Positions 62,664 through 64,000 of a stretch of DNA of 64,000 nucleotides are shown here, piece by piece. The translations under genes were made by a program, and so were the position numbers. The notes beneath the pieces were generated by a model, which saw only the letters and a list, made by a program, of their open reading frames with translations, was not told where the DNA came from and searched no databases. The stretch is from Candidatus Saccharimonadales bacterium (GTDB lineage: Bacteria; Patescibacteriota; Saccharimonadia; Saccharimonadales; DASZAF01): the NCBI GenBank assembly GCA_035480055.1, contig DATIIB010000009.1:213068-277067 (forward strand), given 5' to 3'. Every line of letters starts with the position of its first letter. The stretch's first letter is position 1.

Positions 62664-63110
62664 TTATTGTACCGCATATTCAAAGATTCGCCGTTCGGTC
62701 TTTCGCTCTGACTCTTTAAAGACAGCTGGGTCCATAAAAGCCACTTCGTCGCCATCTTCGCCAGCCTGGAAGTGCATATTTTCGGGCGTCACCTCAAAGA
62801 TCAGGCGCAGTTGCCAAAAATCATGTGCAGCCAAGTAAACCGGATCTTCAACCGCAATAATGCGATAGGTAAAGTCGCCAGTCAGGGTCACTTCTTCGTA
62901 CATCTCTCTGGCAATTGCCGCCTGGATATTTTCGTGATGGTCCATGCCGCCACCGGGAAGATCCCACCAATCTCGGCCTACTTCCTTAACTACCAATATT
63001 TCGCCTTTTGGATTGCGGATCAAGCTCTTAATTGAAATTCTATACAGATAATCGGTACGCCGATCTGAGGTGTCATGATGAACGATGCCAAGTGAACTTT
63101 GTTGTGTCAT
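62664..63110 (-). CDS. NUDIX hydrolase
   Basis: Nudix box GGGMDHHENIQAAIAREMYEEVTL. Confidence 0.8.
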   Translation of the reverse strand: MTQQSSLGIVHHDTSDRRTDYLYRISIKSLIRNPKGEILVVKEVGRDWWDLPGGGMDHHENIQAAIAREMYEEVTLTGDFTYRIIAVEDPVYLAAHDFWQLRLIFEVTPENMHFQAGEDGDEVAFMDPAVFKESERKTERRIFEYAVQ

Positions 63111-63170
63111 GCCCTAAGTATATACAAAAAAACACCAAACCATCATTTACGCCATGCTAATATAGAAAAT

Positions 63171-63659
63171 ATGACTAAGCATAAGAATAAAATACAAAAA
63201 ACAGCAAACAATAATTGGCGAGCATGGTTCATGCAGACTTGGCCGTGGAAGCTGTCGTGGATTACCTGGGTTATTGCCGTGGGGCTCGTCAGTGTGTTCC
63301 GACATCATTACACCGGCATTTATGGATTTAGCACCGCAAATTATGGGTGGCTGGCGTTCACTATCTTTGGCGGCGCAGGCTTTGCGTGGCGAATCGCTGG
63401 GAGGCGTCCGTTGTCTTTGGGCTTCATCCGTCCGCTCTTGGCCGGAGGTATCGCCTTTGCCTTTTGTGCGATTGCTGTGGCCGCAATGGGCTTTATTTTT
63501 GTCCCAAGTCATCCTTTGCAAGGCGGCGGTGATACGATAGGACCATTATGGGGGGCGCTGCACCCGTTGGCTAGAGCTTTGCCGGTCGCAGAGGTGGTCA
63601 TTGTGCTTGGTTATATTTTCGAAGTGTTGAAGGCGGGGAGGGCTTGGTTTCGCGGTTGA
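63171..63659 (+). CDS. hypothetical membrane protein
   Basis: About 5 hydrophobic segments. ATG at 63171 is preferred to the track start at 63099, which overlaps the Nudix gene. Confidence 0.5.
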   Translation: MTKHKNKIQKTANNNWRAWFMQTWPWKLSWITWVIAVGLVSVFRHHYTGIYGFSTANYGWLAFTIFGGAGFAWRIAGRRPLSLGFIRPLLAGGIAFAFCAIAVAAMGFIFVPSHPLQGGGDTIGPLWGALHPLARALPVAEVVIVLGYIFEVLKAGRAWFRG

Positions 63660-63674
63660 ATATGAATAGGCAGC

Positions 63675-63997
63675 TTAACTTAGTTCCTTATCAATGCGGG
63701 CATCAAGTTGATCCATAGTTTTCATAAACTCAGAGGCTAAATCGATTTTATACTTTGATGCGAGTACCAATATACTCCAAAGGCAGTCGGAAGTTCGTGA
63801 GCTAATTTGCTGTCTACATCATCCATTTCTCGAAAGCCATGTTTTGCCATTACGATTTTAGATAAGTCGCCAACATCCCCAACAAAGCCGGCCATGAATT
63901 GCTGTTCATTCCACTGCTTATTATGTTTGGTCAGGTTCAACTCATCGTATTTTTCTTGGATCTCGACTGCACGGTGGAGTAATTCTTCATATGTCAT
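63675..63997 (-). pseudogene. MazG-like nucleotide pyrophosphohydrolase interrupted by a 1-nt frameshift
   Basis: The track ORF (63737-63997) ends ...KLAHELPTAFGVYWYSHQSIKSI*. The -1 frame from ~63791 reads SDCLWSILVLASKYKIDLASEFMKTMDQLDARIDKELS* (stop at 63675), which restores a canonical MazG C-terminal helix. Confidence 0.6.
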
Positions 63998-64000
63998 ATC

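Noticed and set aside
1-64000. Search for rRNA, tRNA, CRISPR arrays, transposases, integrases or prophage blocks.
   Set aside because: None recognised. There is no direct-repeat/spacer periodicity and no tRNA-like T-arm (GGTTCGAATCC-type) in any intergenic region over 100 nt. No ORF has transposase or integrase motifs. An eye scan can miss divergent tRNAs, so tRNAscan-SE or Infernal should confirm.

Overview
This is a 64-kb bacterial chromosomal window of roughly 50% GC by eye. It reads with the standard code: TAA, TAG and TGA all terminate well-supported genes. I can support about 70 protein-coding genes on both strands, several intrinsic terminators, a few promoters and leaders, and two unusual structured RNA/DNA elements. 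I recognised no rRNA, tRNA or CRISPR array. Core content: ribosomal proteins L1 (122-1084) and L10 plus L7/L12 (14718-15637); a thymidylate/deoxynucleotide island (folA, thyA, tmk, YjjX-type NTPase, a HIT-dCMP-deaminase fusion); replication and repair genes (dnaX, dnaB, ybaB, recR, an NrnA-like DHH phosphoesterase); and cysS, a class A PBP, three M20 peptidase paralogues and a DinJ/YafQ-type toxin-antitoxin pair. There are also two polysaccharide-synthesis loci with three processive QxxRW GT2 synthases. Envelope and secreted proteins include a lamin-tail-domain protein with Cys repeats, two ricin-lectin proteins, a membrane-PIG-L fusion and an OatA-like acyltransferase. The tight packing, sparse biosynthesis and many orphan envelope proteins suggest a reduced-genome, possibly CPR/Saccharibacteria-like organism; that is inference only. 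The most unusual locus lies directly after the rplJ-rplL terminator, where rpoB-rpoC normally sit. Two tandem paralogous genes (15726-20578) share acidic disordered N-termini, a sigma-70 region 3/4-like module with no recognisable region 2, and an unknown C-terminal domain. Only the first gene carries an SF2 DExH helicase core. Other points worth a second look: a 107-nt, almost perfectly self-complementary three-way-junction element embedded in-frame in a kinase gene (2317-2423); a 130-nt three-way-junction element upstream of dnaX (23183-23312); a promoter/antiterminator/terminator arrangement in the rplJ leader; terminator-like hairpins of a shared CGAGC/GCTCG family, two of them in 5' leaders; apparent leaderless genes; small unlisted ORFs; and a frameshifted MazG-like gene at the right edge.
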